Positions 1 through 10,852 of a DNA stretch of 64,000 nucleotides are shown in pieces. The stretch covers positions 92,878,001 to 92,942,000 of the forward strand of contig NC_086107.1 in assembly GCF_963921235.1 (NCBI RefSeq), read 5' to 3'. Each line of letters opens with the position of its first letter. Position 1 is the stretch's first letter. Under the pieces are notes generated by a model. That model did no database searches and was not told the origin of the DNA. It worked only from the letters and a program-made list of their open reading frames with translations. The position numbers and the translations under genes are program-made. This DNA is from Mobula hypostoma. Lineage: Eukaryota.

Positions 1-901
1 ACCTGGACTTCCTGTATAGTTCTGGATCATTAGTCCTGAATGCCACAGATCTAGCCCTCAGCAGACTACAAATATCCTGGTTCATCAACAGCTATTGGCT
101 TGGGTACGTCCGGTATGTTCTCAAAGGCACACACTCATCCACACAGCTCTTGTTGAAATGGTGATAACAGGGATGTATTCTTTCAGACTCGAAGATGAAT
201 CCTTGAATATTGTCCAATCCACCAAATCAAATCAATCCTTTGAGCACTCCTTCACTTCCCTTGACCATACCTTCTTGGTGCTCACCACTGGTGCTGTGGT
301 CTTCAGTTTATGTCTTTATGCTGGGAGTGAGGTCTAGCCAGGTGATTGCACTTTCAAAGTGTCAGCATAGGATGGCATGGTGTGCGTTCAAGTTGATGGT
401 ATAACGGCGATCAAGTGTGTTGGCTCCTCTGTTTCCACAGACAATATGCTGGTGGGGGTTGTTCAGAGACCTCTTCAAACTGATTGAAATCCCCCACAAT
501 GATAGGGAAGGGATCAGGACTCCCAACTTCATGCCTGCTGACTGCATTGCTTAGCAAATCCAGTGCCTGCCTATGTTGGCCTGAGGTGGAATGTAACAGC
601 TACCAAGATGATGGCGCAATAGTCCCTTGGCAGGTAAAATGGATGGCATTTGAATGTTCCTGGTTGGTTGAGCGGGACTGAGACAGAACTGCCATTTCTT
701 TGCACCATGTGGAGTTAATCATTAAACATGTTCCATCTCCTCTGCCTTTAAAAAACTAATCTGTCCTGTCTTTACAGAGAATGGTGAAGCTATTGGGCTG
801 CAGCGCTGCGTCCAAAATTGTCAATGTAAGCCATGTTTCCATGAAGCAAAGTACACAGCAGTCCCTGATGTCACTTTGGTACAGCAATCCTGCTCTGAGG
901 T

Positions 902-3900
902 CAGGGCCAGACTTTAGGCTGGGCTGCAGCCCAGAGGCCAGAGCTGCAGAGGGGCCCAAAATAGCTAGCTATCATCATAGCAGACAAAAAAAGAATACAA
1001 GAGGGGAGCACAGAAAAGAAAAAAGAAACAAGAAAAAGAGGACCGTGAGAAGGAAGCATTTGAAAAAGACATTGAAATCGACAGAATTTTTTAAACTTGT
1101 TCTCGATGATGCAGCAGTACCATCGCTCTTTTCACAGTCTGAGACCGGTGGATAAATGGAGACTTGTTCAACAGCTAGCGCTAGCACCAGCATTAGCACA
1201 GGACCACCGCCCTTACCACAGTCAGCAGCTAACGTTGAAGAGGCAGAGGGCATGACTTTGGGATTCCCAACCACAGAGGCCTCCGAACAACCAAGTTGGG
1301 CCACCATTAATGTTAACGTTACCGGTACTGAGGATCCTTACAGCACTGATCCTGCTCGCTGGGGAAAGGAAACGCTAGCTGATTCAGTCCAAACATACTG
1401 GGCTAAGAAAGGGCCGGAGTCCTGCTAGATATCAAAGCTTCGGAACGAGTATCAAAGCAACAGAGACGTTTTTTCTAATTTCACTTCAAACGCAAGCTCG
1501 TAAATGCTGAGTACACATCAAGGCAATGGCTCTTACATTCCCCTTCCACCGGCTGTGTGTTTTGTTTTGCAAGCCGCATCTTCAGTGATGGTGACTGTCA
1601 GTCCATCTTCGAAACTGGCTTTAGCGACTGGAAACATGCCGCTGAGCGCATAGGAGAGCATGAAAATAGCGAACACCGCAGGAAAACAATACTGACCTAC
1701 GTTATACTAGCATCTGACAGCAGAAGAATAGATACAGAAATGCAAAAACAGTTCAAGTCAGAGTGTGTCTACTGGACCGACGTATTGAGAAGAGTGGTGA
1801 CGGTTGTGAAGTTTTTGGTCAAGAGGGGACTGGCTAGCCGAGGCTCCAGTGACATATTTGGCAGGCCTGATAACGGCAGCTACATGGGCATTCTGGAGGT
1901 AATAAGTGAGTTTGACACGTTTTTGAAGGTGCACATACAGAAATTTGGAAATGCAGGATAGGGCACCCCTTCATATCTTGCACCTAAAACATGTGAGGAG
2001 TTTATTGAGCTCATGAGCGATCAAGTTCTGTCAGAGATCGTCAATGAAGTCAAAATGGCCAAATACTTTTCTATTAGCATCAACTCAAGCACAGATGTTC
2101 CACACGTGGTTCAGCTCATACTCGTTTTACGTTATGTGTCAACTGATAGAAACATTCAGGAGCGATTCTTACAATTTCTACCCATTGAGAGCCCCACAGG
2201 GGGAGGCTTTATGTGAGTCTGTGCTCAAAGTTTCAGGAGCGATGAAGATTGATATAGGCAACTGCAGGCGGCAGTGCTATGACAATGCTGCAAATATGTC
2301 CAGTGCATACAAAGGCTTACAATCCTGCATCAAGGAGATCAATCCGCCTGCTGAGCGGGTTCCACGTGCAGCACACACATTGAATCTCATTAGAATGAAC
2401 AGTGTCAACTGTTGTGTTGAAACAGCTGATTTTTTTCAGCTTCGTGCAGAATGTGTTCAACTTCTGCTCCAAGCCAGCTTCTAGGTGGAAGGTGGTGACC
2501 GCAGGTCTTCAGCCTAATGCGAACAAGCACACTGAAACTCTGAAGTCTCTCTCTAATACTAGATGGGCAGCACATGCAGAAGCCACACAGGTATTGTGCG
2601 GAAATTATGCCAATATTCAAGATTCATTAAAGAGCAATGCAGATGACGTTAATCAGAATGTGGCAACTAGAAATGAAGCAAGGTCACTATACAAAAATAT
2701 GGAGAAGCTTGAGATAGCTTTTCTGAGCAAATTGTGGCATTGCATTCTTCAGTGCTTTGAAAGTGCAAGCATTGCATTGCAAGCTGTAAATCTAGACTTG
2801 TGTACTGCTGTGGGTTTGGTGAGATCACTACGGGGATACATAGCAAGCTTGTGTGATCAATCTGATATTTTTGAGACCCAAGCTAAAACTATGCCTCCAA
2901 CAGTCTCACAAGTGTACAAAGAAGACACCCAACGACAAAGAAAACGTAAAGCCTTTCTGGATGAATCCACAACACCTGATGTTGGCTTGTCAGCCAGAGA
3001 AAAATTCTCAGCTACTGTTTTTTTGGTCGTGATGAATAGATTACTTGCAGAAATTGATTGCAGATTTGCATCATATAATGACCTTAACAACACATTTGGC
3101 ATCCTAAACAATATCCCTTCTCTCTCTGTACAAGATCTGCGCAAGAAAGCATCTGATCTTCAAAGCAGATATTCAGCTGACCTGGAGTTAGACTTTGTGG
3201 AGGAGATGGTCCATTTCAGGGAATTTGCAAGTGGCAAAGATATTTCATCCACCACAGAGCTTTTATGCTTCCCTAGAGAAAAAAACTTGCGGGTCATCTT
3301 CCCAAATGTAAGCATTGCTTTGAGGCTTTACCTGACTCTCCCTGACACAAATGCAAGCGGTGAGCGATCTTTCTCCAAGCTCAAGCTAGTGAAGAATAGG
3401 CTCAGATCCACAATGGGACAGGACAGGCTGAATCATCTTACTCTGATGTCACTTGAAAGTGATCTTGTTCGGAAACTGGATTTTAGGGATCTGATCAAGG
3501 ACTTTGCTGTGAAGAAATCCAGAAGAACTAGGCTATAATTTTGAAAAACAAGCATCCGATCTTGTAAATATTTTGGCTTGTGTGTTAGTACTGTTCCTGT
3601 TTTTGTGGCAATGCTAATAGATGACTGCTTACAAACCTAGTAAGTAATAAGTGGTCTTTACTCTGCAAGCCACACAGCACAGTAATAGGTTAGTATGTGC
3701 TAGATCTCATTCTACAAAAAGATTGTTGGAGTATTGTCAAGTTTTCTAGTTTGCCATAGTGCCATCTCTCTTGGCCTTTCTGTCTCTCATTTCCATTTTA
3801 CTTTCTCAGAACACACAATTGAGAAAAATACCAAGATAAAAATGCTTTGGCATTGTTTGAGAGATAAGGCCTATGGTATGTGCAGCAATAGCTAAATGAA

Positions 3901-4222
3901 AATTTAAGATTGGGATATTTCATCTCACTCATAACTTTACTAAGTCAACTAAGCCTAGGTCAATTTTTGAGTGCTTTAGATGCTGTCCTTCAAACTAAGA
4001 ACCTGCATTACTTTCTGTCCTCCCTCTTAAGGCCTGTAAGTTTATAGCCTACGTGTTGTATTAGACCAATGTCTTCATTCTCGGCTTTGATATTTAGACC
4101 AGTACAACCTTTGCTCTTGTTCTTGCCTTTTTTCGCTTGGTACAGCAGCATTTTACAGTGTCGGCAGGGGCCCATTAGGGCCTCCAGCTCATTAGGGCCC
4201 CGGCCCACTAAATCCGACCCTG
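902..4222 (+). mobile_element. Full-length, inactivated hAT DNA transposon (Tip100/Zaphod-like, ZMYM1-like transposase)
   Basis: Imperfect TIRs CAGGGCCAGACTTTAG (902) and CTAAATCCGACCCTG (4208-4222); exact 8-bp TSD TCTGAGGT at 894-901 and 4223-4230; internal transposase fragments. Confidence 0.92.
1156..3538 (+). pseudogene. hAT transposase pseudogene broken into about 5 ORFs by stops and frameshifts
   Basis: Motifs GFSDWKH..EHE.S..H, YFSISINSSTD, QCYDNAANMS, LKSLSNTRW, and the C-terminal dimerisation domain SGERSFSKLKLVKNRLRSTMGQDRLNHL. Confidence 0.9.
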
Positions 4223-4639
4223 TCTGAGGTCTTCAGATTTATCCTCCGGAGGCTGTACATTCATCTGCTGGATAGTCGGGGGTGGAAGTCTAAGGCCACT
4301 GCACTTCAATCGCACCTGTAGACTGGTACGGCGTTCCCACTTCCATTTTCTTAGAGGAACTGCACCTGTTACTCGAGTCTGCCATCTGAGGTTTGTCAAT
4401 TTAGTTGTATCGATGGGTTCTTTAAACGTCTTAAAATGATGCCTGCTACTGAAGTACCCATAGCTGAGAAGGGTCTCAGCCTGAAATGTCGACTGTACTT
4501 TTCTCCATAGATGCTGCCTGACTTGCTTGAACTCCGCCAGCATTTTGTGTGTGTTACCCATAGCTGTGGCTGGAGATATCAGCATAGTGGTCCTAAACAG
4601 GAAAAATTGATGATTCCCATTTAATGGTGCCATCTTATC

Positions 4640-4935
4640 AGAACCACATGTTCATGGACTGTTAAGAAATCTGATGGCAGAGGGGAAGTGGCTGTTTCTA
4701 ATATGTTGAGTGTGTGTCTTCAGGCTCCTGTACCTCCTCCTTGATGGTAGCAATGAGAAGGGAGCATGTCCTGAGTGATGAGGGTCGGTAATGAAGGATA
4801 CCGACCTTTTTTTGAGGGAGGTGATGGGGTTGGCTGAGTTTACAACCCTCAGCCGCCTCTTTCCATCCTGTAACGTTGGCACCTCCATACCAGACAGTCA
4901 TGTAACCTGTCAGAATGCTCTCCATGGTATATTAA
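4640..4935 (-). mobile_element. 3' fragment of a Rex1/Babar-type LINE
   Basis: ESILTGYMTVWYG and DPHHSGHAPFSLLPSRRRYRSLKT...FPSAIRFLN C-terminal motifs. Similar tails recur near 22.1, 23.5, 30.3 and 36.3 kb. Confidence 0.65.
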
Positions 4936-4940
4936 TTTAT

Positions 4941-5250
4941 TTGGCACGTGGCCAAGTGGTTAAGGTGTTCGTCTAGTGATTTGAAGGTTGCTAGTTCGAG
5001 ACTTGGCTGAGGCAGCGTGTTGTGTCCTCGAGCAAGGCACTTAACCACACATTGCTCTGCGATGGCACCGGTGCCAAGCTGTATGGGTCCTAATGCCCTT
5101 CCCTTGGACAACATAGGTGGCGTGGAGAGGGGAGACTTGCAGCATGGGCAACTGCTGGTCTTCCATACAACCTTGCCCAGGCCTGCGCCCTGGAAACCTT
5201 CCAAGGTGCAAATCCATGGTCTCATGAGGCTAATGGATGCCTATATATAT
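4941..5250 (+). mobile_element. tRNA-derived SINE with CORE-like central domain
   Basis: A box TGGCCAAGTGG, B-box-like AGTTCGAGAC, CORE-like GTGTCCTCGAGCAAGGCACTTAACC, (TA)n tail. Confidence 0.7.
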
Positions 5251-5360
5251 TGTGATACAGAGCAGAATAGGCCCTTCCAGCCCTTCGAGCCGCACTGTCC
5301 AACAACCCCCCGATTTGATCTGAGCCCAATCACAGGACAATTTACAATGACCAATTAACC

Positions 5361-6180
5361 TGCTACACATGCCCTTACACTTCCTCCCTTACCACCATTC
5401 AGGGCCCCAAACAGTCCTTCCAGGTGAGGCAACACTTCATCTGTGAGTCGACTGGGGTGATATACTGCGTCCGGTGCTCCCGATGTGGCCTTTTATATAT
5501 TGGTGAGACCCGACGCAGACTGGGAGACCGCTTTGCTGAACATCTACGCTCTGTCCGCCAGAGAAAGCAGGATCTCCCAGTGGCCACACATTTTAATTCC
5601 ACATCCCATTCCCATTCTGATATGTCTATCCACGGCCTCCTCTACTGTAAAGATGAAGCCACACTCAGGTTGGAGGAACAACACCTTATATTCCGTCTGG
5701 GTAGCCTCCAACCTGATGGCATGAACATCGACTTCTCTAACTTCCGCTAAGGCCCCACCTCCCCCTCGTACCCCATCTGTTACTTATTTTTATGCACACA
5801 TTCTTTCTCTCACTCTCCTTTTTCTCCCTCTGTCCCTCTGAATATACCTCTTGCCCATCCTCTGGGTCTCCCCCCCCCCTTGTCTTTCTTCCTGGACCTC
5901 CTGTCCCATGATCCTCTCGTATCCCCTTTTGCCTATCACCTGTCCAGCTCTTGGCTCTATCCCTCCCCCTCCTGTCTTCTCCTATCATTTTGGATCTCCC
6001 CCTCCCCCTCCAACTTTCAAATTCCTTACTCACTCTTCCTTCAGTTAGTCCTGACGAAGGGTCTCGGCCTGAAACGTCGACTGCACCTCTTCCTACAGAT
6101 GCTGCCTGGCCTGCTGCGTTCACCAGCAACTTTGATGTGTGTTGCTTGAATTTCCAGCATTTGCAGAATTCCTGTTGTTT
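5361..6180 (+). mobile_element. 5'-truncated Penelope-like retroelement (GIY-YIG endonuclease C-terminus plus pseudo-LTR with hammerhead)
   Basis: ORF 5424-5750 GVIYCVRCSRCGLLYIGETRRRLGDRFAEH...LGSLQPDGMN has GIY-YIG motifs with the CxxC insert typical of PLEs. It is followed by a pyrimidine-rich 3' region and a hammerhead motif. Confidence 0.9.
6047..6082 (+). ncRNA. Minimal type I hammerhead ribozyme motif, core intact
   Basis: AGTC-CTGACGA-AGG(GTCTCGG)CCT-GAAAC-GTC^GACT: stem I AGUC/GACU, CUGANGA and GAAA cores, stem II AGG/CCU, minimal palindromic stem III (ACGU). Predicted cleavage after C6078. Confidence 0.8.
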
Positions 6181-7082
6181 TTGTAACCATAATGTCTTTT
6201 GTCTTTGACTGTGGGAGGAAACCAGAACACCCGGAAGAAATCCACATGGTCACGGGAGAACGTACATGCTGCTTACGGGCGGTGGCAGGTTGCCTGTACC
6301 GTAAAGCATTGTGATAACCACTACGCGACCGTGTCGCCCATCTGCAAATATTTGGTATAGGAGACTTAATAGAGAAAGTACTAATATTCAGAAGGACGGG
6401 CAGCATCTGTGAAGATAGAAAAATGGTGTTGATGATAAAGGTTGAAAACCTGTCATTGAAACCAGCCAGTTATCACCGCAAATTAAAACGCTTTTGATTT
6501 CTTTTCCTACTACCATTGAAAGATCATCATTATGCAACACTGATCCAGTTTCTCTCTCTACATAGCGTATGAAGAACTATCAGTACTGTCCAGCTCTATT
6601 CCAATTTCTCCAGTTCTCCACACAATTCAAATTCAGATTCTTATTTATTTATTACCTGCTCAGAAACATACAGAGAAATGCATCCTTAGCATCAACAACC
6701 TAAGCTGGGGGCAGCCCGTCGGGTGTCGCCACACATTCCAGTGCCAACATAACATGCCCGCAATGTTTAGCAGAGGAACAGCAACAATAGAACAGGACAA
6801 GACAGAACGAGAAACAAAACAACCACAGCTGAACAAGTCCCTCTCTTCTCGCCCATCCCACACACACACAGTCCTCCAACCCTTGACAAAGCCTCTGGGC
6901 CTCGGGCCTCCAGCCTTCAGTGGACCCAAATGCAACAGGCTTCCAATTTCCTGTTAGACTCTCAGACTTGTAGACCCGGGGTTTCGACTTCCGAACTTCC
7001 GATCGACCTTCAGAGCCGATCCCAGGAGTAGTTGATAATAGCGTCCCAAACTTCAGATCTTGGACTCTGGACTCACTAACTC

Positions 7083-7662
7083 CAGACATCCCACCCTGCA
7101 AAAACTCATTTCAGGGAGGTAGCACCATCAATTTGCGGGAGACTCCCGGAACTTCCAGGAGAGGTGGGATGTCTGTAATAGAGTAGCTCCTTAGCAGCCA
7201 GCCAGCTAGTTTAAATAACGTTAGCTATGCTAATGAACGAATGACACCTGTTAAACTCACCTCAACATTTCTTTTACAGTCTTAACCCACCATGGGCAAT
7301 AGAAAAATCACTGTTGCAAATAGTGAAGTGAACAACACTGTCATTATTTTTGACCCCTATTAGGCAGGGGTACACTTTAGTGTAGTCTGGGGTGACTGCG
7401 TTTTATATTTTCTTTATTTTGAAACACTCTGCCATGGCGGTACAGGACACTAAACTAAACTGATGGAGAGACAGAGGTTGACTGTAAAGCCCACCCACAG
7501 AGAAAACTGATAGGTCTACTTAGCACAAAGAGAGGCTAATCAGGATGCTCGCTCTCGCTCCCGCTCCCATTTCCGGGACATTGTATATGATTTGCGGGCG
7601 TCAGGGAGCTGCTATTAATATGCGGGAGACTCCCGGAACTTCTGGGAGAGGTGGGATGTCTG
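7083..7662. mobile_element. Non-autonomous DNA transposon (MITE) with 6-bp TSD
   Basis: TIRs CAGACATCCCAC and GTGGGATGTCTG; TAACTC duplicated at 7077-7082 and 7663-7668; internal second copy of the right end at ~7133-7175. Confidence 0.75.
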
Positions 7663-9227
7663 TAACTCACTGACCTGGTGGGGCCCTCGTGTCTCCTAGG
7701 GCTCGCATGGACACTTGATTCAGGGACCCGCTTAACATCCTGATGTCAATGGATATTCTTCACCACACATCCACATTGCTGACATTTGAATGCAGAGTGA
7801 AGGCCTATGCTCCAACCTGACCTCTAACTCCTCTACATCCCTGTCCCTAAACCACAATCCTGACCTCCAGCTCTTCCCACATACCTGTCTCCAAACCCCA
7901 CCCTGACACCTAACTCCCCTCACTGTCCTCAAAACCATCCCTACGATCTTAAGAAGCAACACGGTCTATCCACAACCTCCTTGGAGGCTGCATCTTGGCG
8001 ACACCTTGACCTAAGGACAGTTAGAATCTCTCGACCCAGAATCCATTTCCATGCTGTGGTACCCTATAGCTCTACCTTGCTGAGATGGGAATTACGTACG
8101 GGCTAGACAGGGCTAAGATGGCAAATTAAGATAGTATTTAGCTAACACTTGGATAGGAACATGGGGGGTCATAGCTTAAAAGGATCTTGGTTGCATGCAG
8201 GAAATTCAGACTAGTTGGGTCGGTGCCATGGTTGGATGAACACATTGGAAAGAAGGAATCAGTATCAGAATCAGAAGAAAACAGAGACACAACAGAATGC
8301 AGATGCTGGAATCTGGAACATCAAACAATCTGGAGGAACTCAGAGGGCCTAGTAGTAACCGTGATCAGTCCTGGAAGTTTATGCTCATACCTCTAGCACT
8401 GGATGTAATCCTTGAACAAACACACAAGATGCTGGAGGAACTCAGCAGGCCAGGTGGCATCAATGAAGTGAGGTGGACGGTTAACATCTTGGTTCAAAAC
8501 CATTTCCATAGATGGGATGCATCCAATCGTGAGTCCACATGACATGATTCAACCCAGAATGTCAGCATTCACTTCCCTCCACAGATGCTGCAAAAACTGC
8601 TGAGATCCTCCAGCATCTTATGTGTTACTTCCAGATTCCAATACATGTACTATGCCTGGGAAAAAAAAAACACAAATAAAACAGACTAAAACTGATGGGT
8701 AGAGAGCATCATAAAAAGAGCTTCGGTATATTAGCCTTCATAAATCAGAGTATTGAGTACAGAAGTTGGGACGTCGAAGTTGTGTAAGACATTGGTGAGG
8801 CCAAATTTGGAATATTGTGTGCAGTTCTGGTCACCTACCTGCATGAAAAATAGCAATAAGATTGAAAGAGTACAGAGGAAATTTACAAGGATGTTGCTGT
8901 GACTTGCATTAAAGGGAAAGATTAGGACTTTATAGGCCTTATTCCTCAGAGCGCAGGAGAATGAGTGGCAATTTGATAGAGGTAAATGCAAACAGTTTTC
9001 CCACTAAGCAACACACACAAAGTGCTGGAGGAACTCAGTAAGCCAGGCAACATCTATGGATATGGACTAACAGTCAACGTTTTGGGCTGAGACCTTTTTT
9101 TTTGAAAAGAGGTTTGATGAGACTGGAACTAGAGGTTATAGATTAAGGATAAACTAATTATGGGGAAATCTGAGGGAGATCTTCCACAGAGGGTGATGCA
9201 GGTATGAAAGGAGCTGCCAGCTGAAGT

Positions 9228-9388
9228 AACACATATCAAAGTCGCTGGTGAACGCCGTCCTGACAAAGGGTCTCGGCCCGAAACGTCGACTGTACCTCTT
9301 CCTAGAGATGCTGCTTGGCCTGTTGCGTTCACCAGCAACTTTGATGTGTGTTGCTTGAATTTCCAGCATCTGCAGAATTCCTCGTGCT
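9228..9388 (+). mobile_element. Short Penelope-derived insertion (inverted fragment plus pseudo-LTR) inside a CR1 remnant
   Basis: 13-bp TSD TGCCAGCTGAAGT (9215-9227, 9389-9401). The hammerhead core is mutated to CTGACAA. Confidence 0.8.
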
Positions 9389-9739
9389 TGCCAGCTGAAG
9401 TGGTGGTCATGGTTTCAATGGAAACATTTCTAAGGGTATGGAGGGCTATAGTCCAGGTGTGGGTCGATAGAACCAAGCAGAAGAAAGTCTGACATGGAAT
9501 AGGAGGGCTAAAGGGGTGCAAGTCCTCTATGACTAAAATAATGTAGAAAGTTCACTGAAAGCAATTGAGCAAGTAGTGAGGGTGGTGAAGAAGGCATTTG
9601 GCATGCTGGCCTTCATCAGTCAGGGTACCGATTTAGTACATTATGGTACAGTTAATAAGCCATTAATAAGCACACACTGAGAATACTGTGTACATGTGCC
9701 CCTGACTCTCATCATTCGCCATTTCACAATTTCTACAAT

Positions 9740-9960
9740 CACCAAAAGACGTCACATAGCGACCGCGAAGCTTGATTGGTTGAGCTAAGGCGGGAAGACT
9801 GACGACTTGACAGAGGATAGGTACAAACAACAACCCAATCAAAAATGCATACGTCAAGGCATCGAAGCTACCATTGGTTAATTTGAAACTGGACGACTTC
9901 TAACTGGTTCAAGCCACCGTCCATCAAAGTGGGCAGCGTTGGCCGCCATTTTGTGGTGAG
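9740..9960 (+). promoter_or_regulatory. CpG-rich TATA-less promoter of the SRSF3-like gene
   Basis: Local CpG enrichment (~9.7-10.26 kb); CCAAT boxes 9775-9779, 9835-9839, 9873-9877; CRE-like GACGTCA 9748-9754 and TACGTCA 9850-9856; E2F-like GGCGGGAA 9789-9796; CHR TTTGAA 9882-9887; YY1 GCCGCCATTTTG 9942-9953. Confidence 0.75.
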
Positions 9961-10019
9961 GTTCGGAGAGGGAGTTTAGGAGGCAAGAGATCTGAACGTG
10001 AAAAAGTCGTGGACGGCAG
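9940..10019 (+). other. SRSF3: Putative non-coding exon 1 of the SRSF3-like gene (TSS approximate)
   Basis: Follows the promoter motifs and ends in a strong donor CAG|GTGAGG (10019/10020). SRSF3 genes have a non-coding first exon. Confidence 0.6.
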
Positions 10020-10285
10020 GTGAGGCCTATCGTGAAGGGATGGGCGGCTTCGGGAGCGGTGATGGTCCGCAACACATCAGTGGGAGGGAAGAGCAGTGAC
10101 CGCAGTCCCGTTGTAATCCAGGAGGAGCGCGGGCCCAACGTTGCTGCTTGAGGCCTTTTTACGCCCCCGTGTTCACCATTCCTGTTTTCCTTACACCCCG
10201 GTATACCCATTTGTTTCCCACCTTTATACTCCTGCCCTTCCCTATCTCCTTGCGCCCGCTTGTAGTCTTTTCCTTCCCCCTTGTA

Positions 10286-10799
10286 GCCCTCAGCTCCCCC
10301 CCCCTTTGGCCCTCAGCTCCCCCCTTTGGCCCTCAGCTCCCCCCTCCCCCCCCTTTGGCCCTCAGCTCCCCCCTCCCCCCCCTTTGGCCCTCAGCTCCCC
10401 CCTCCCCCCCCTTTGGCCCTCAGCTCCCCCCTCCCCCCCCTTTGGCCCTCAGCTCCCCCCTCCCCCCCCTTTGGCCCTCAGCTCCCCCCTCCCCCCCCTT
10501 TGGCCCTCAGCTCCCCCCTCCCCCCCTTTGGCCCTCAGCTCCCCCCTCCCCCCCCTTTGGCCCTCAGCTCCCCCCTTTGGCCCTCAGCTCCCCCCTCCCC
10601 CCCTTTGGCCCTCAGCTCCCCCCTCCCCCCCCCTTTGGCCCTCAGCTCCCCCCTCCCCCCCCCTTTGGCCCTCAGCTCCCCCCTCCCCCCCCCTTTGGCC
10701 CTCAGCTCCCCCCTCCCCCCCTTTGGCCCTCAGCTCCCCCCTCCCCCCCTTTGGCCCTCAGCTCCCCCTCCCCCCCTTTGGCCCTCAGCTCCCCCCTCC
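10286..10799. repeat. C-rich minisatellite, about 19 copies of TTTGGCCCTCAGCT-C6-T-C7-9 (28-30 bp, a few shorter units)
   Basis: Directly visible tandem array; it explains the spurious Pro-rich ORFs in three frames. Confidence 0.95.
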
Positions 10800-10852
10800 A
10801 TGCTCCTCCTTTATACCTATTAAATGGCTTCCATTTTTACATCTGTTCTGCC

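Larger units (their letters stand above)
1..4400 (-). mobile_element. Degenerate Rex1/Babar-type LINE (APE endonuclease region), split by the hAT insertion at 902-4222
   Basis: Minus-strand pieces ...LQVRLKCSGLRLPPPTIQQMNVQPPEDKSEDLR (~4223-4340) and AGLLYQSDIRDCCVLCFMETWL (~830-900) join across the insertion into the typical 'NVQSLENK..DLR...RDCCVLCFTETWL' endonuclease N-terminus. Many stops; outer boundaries approximate. Confidence 0.7.

Noticed and set aside
2402..3538. Domesticated ZMYM1-like host gene
   Set aside because: Flanked by TIRs and a TSD and interrupted upstream by stops and frameshifts; a decayed transposon.
4941..5012. tRNA gene
   Set aside because: The A/B boxes continue into a SINE body with no proper acceptor stem or terminator; it is a SINE head.
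10286..10799. CRISPR-like or Ig switch-region interpretation of the tandem array
   Set aside because: No unique spacers, no cas genes and no Ig genes; eukaryotic intronic minisatellite.
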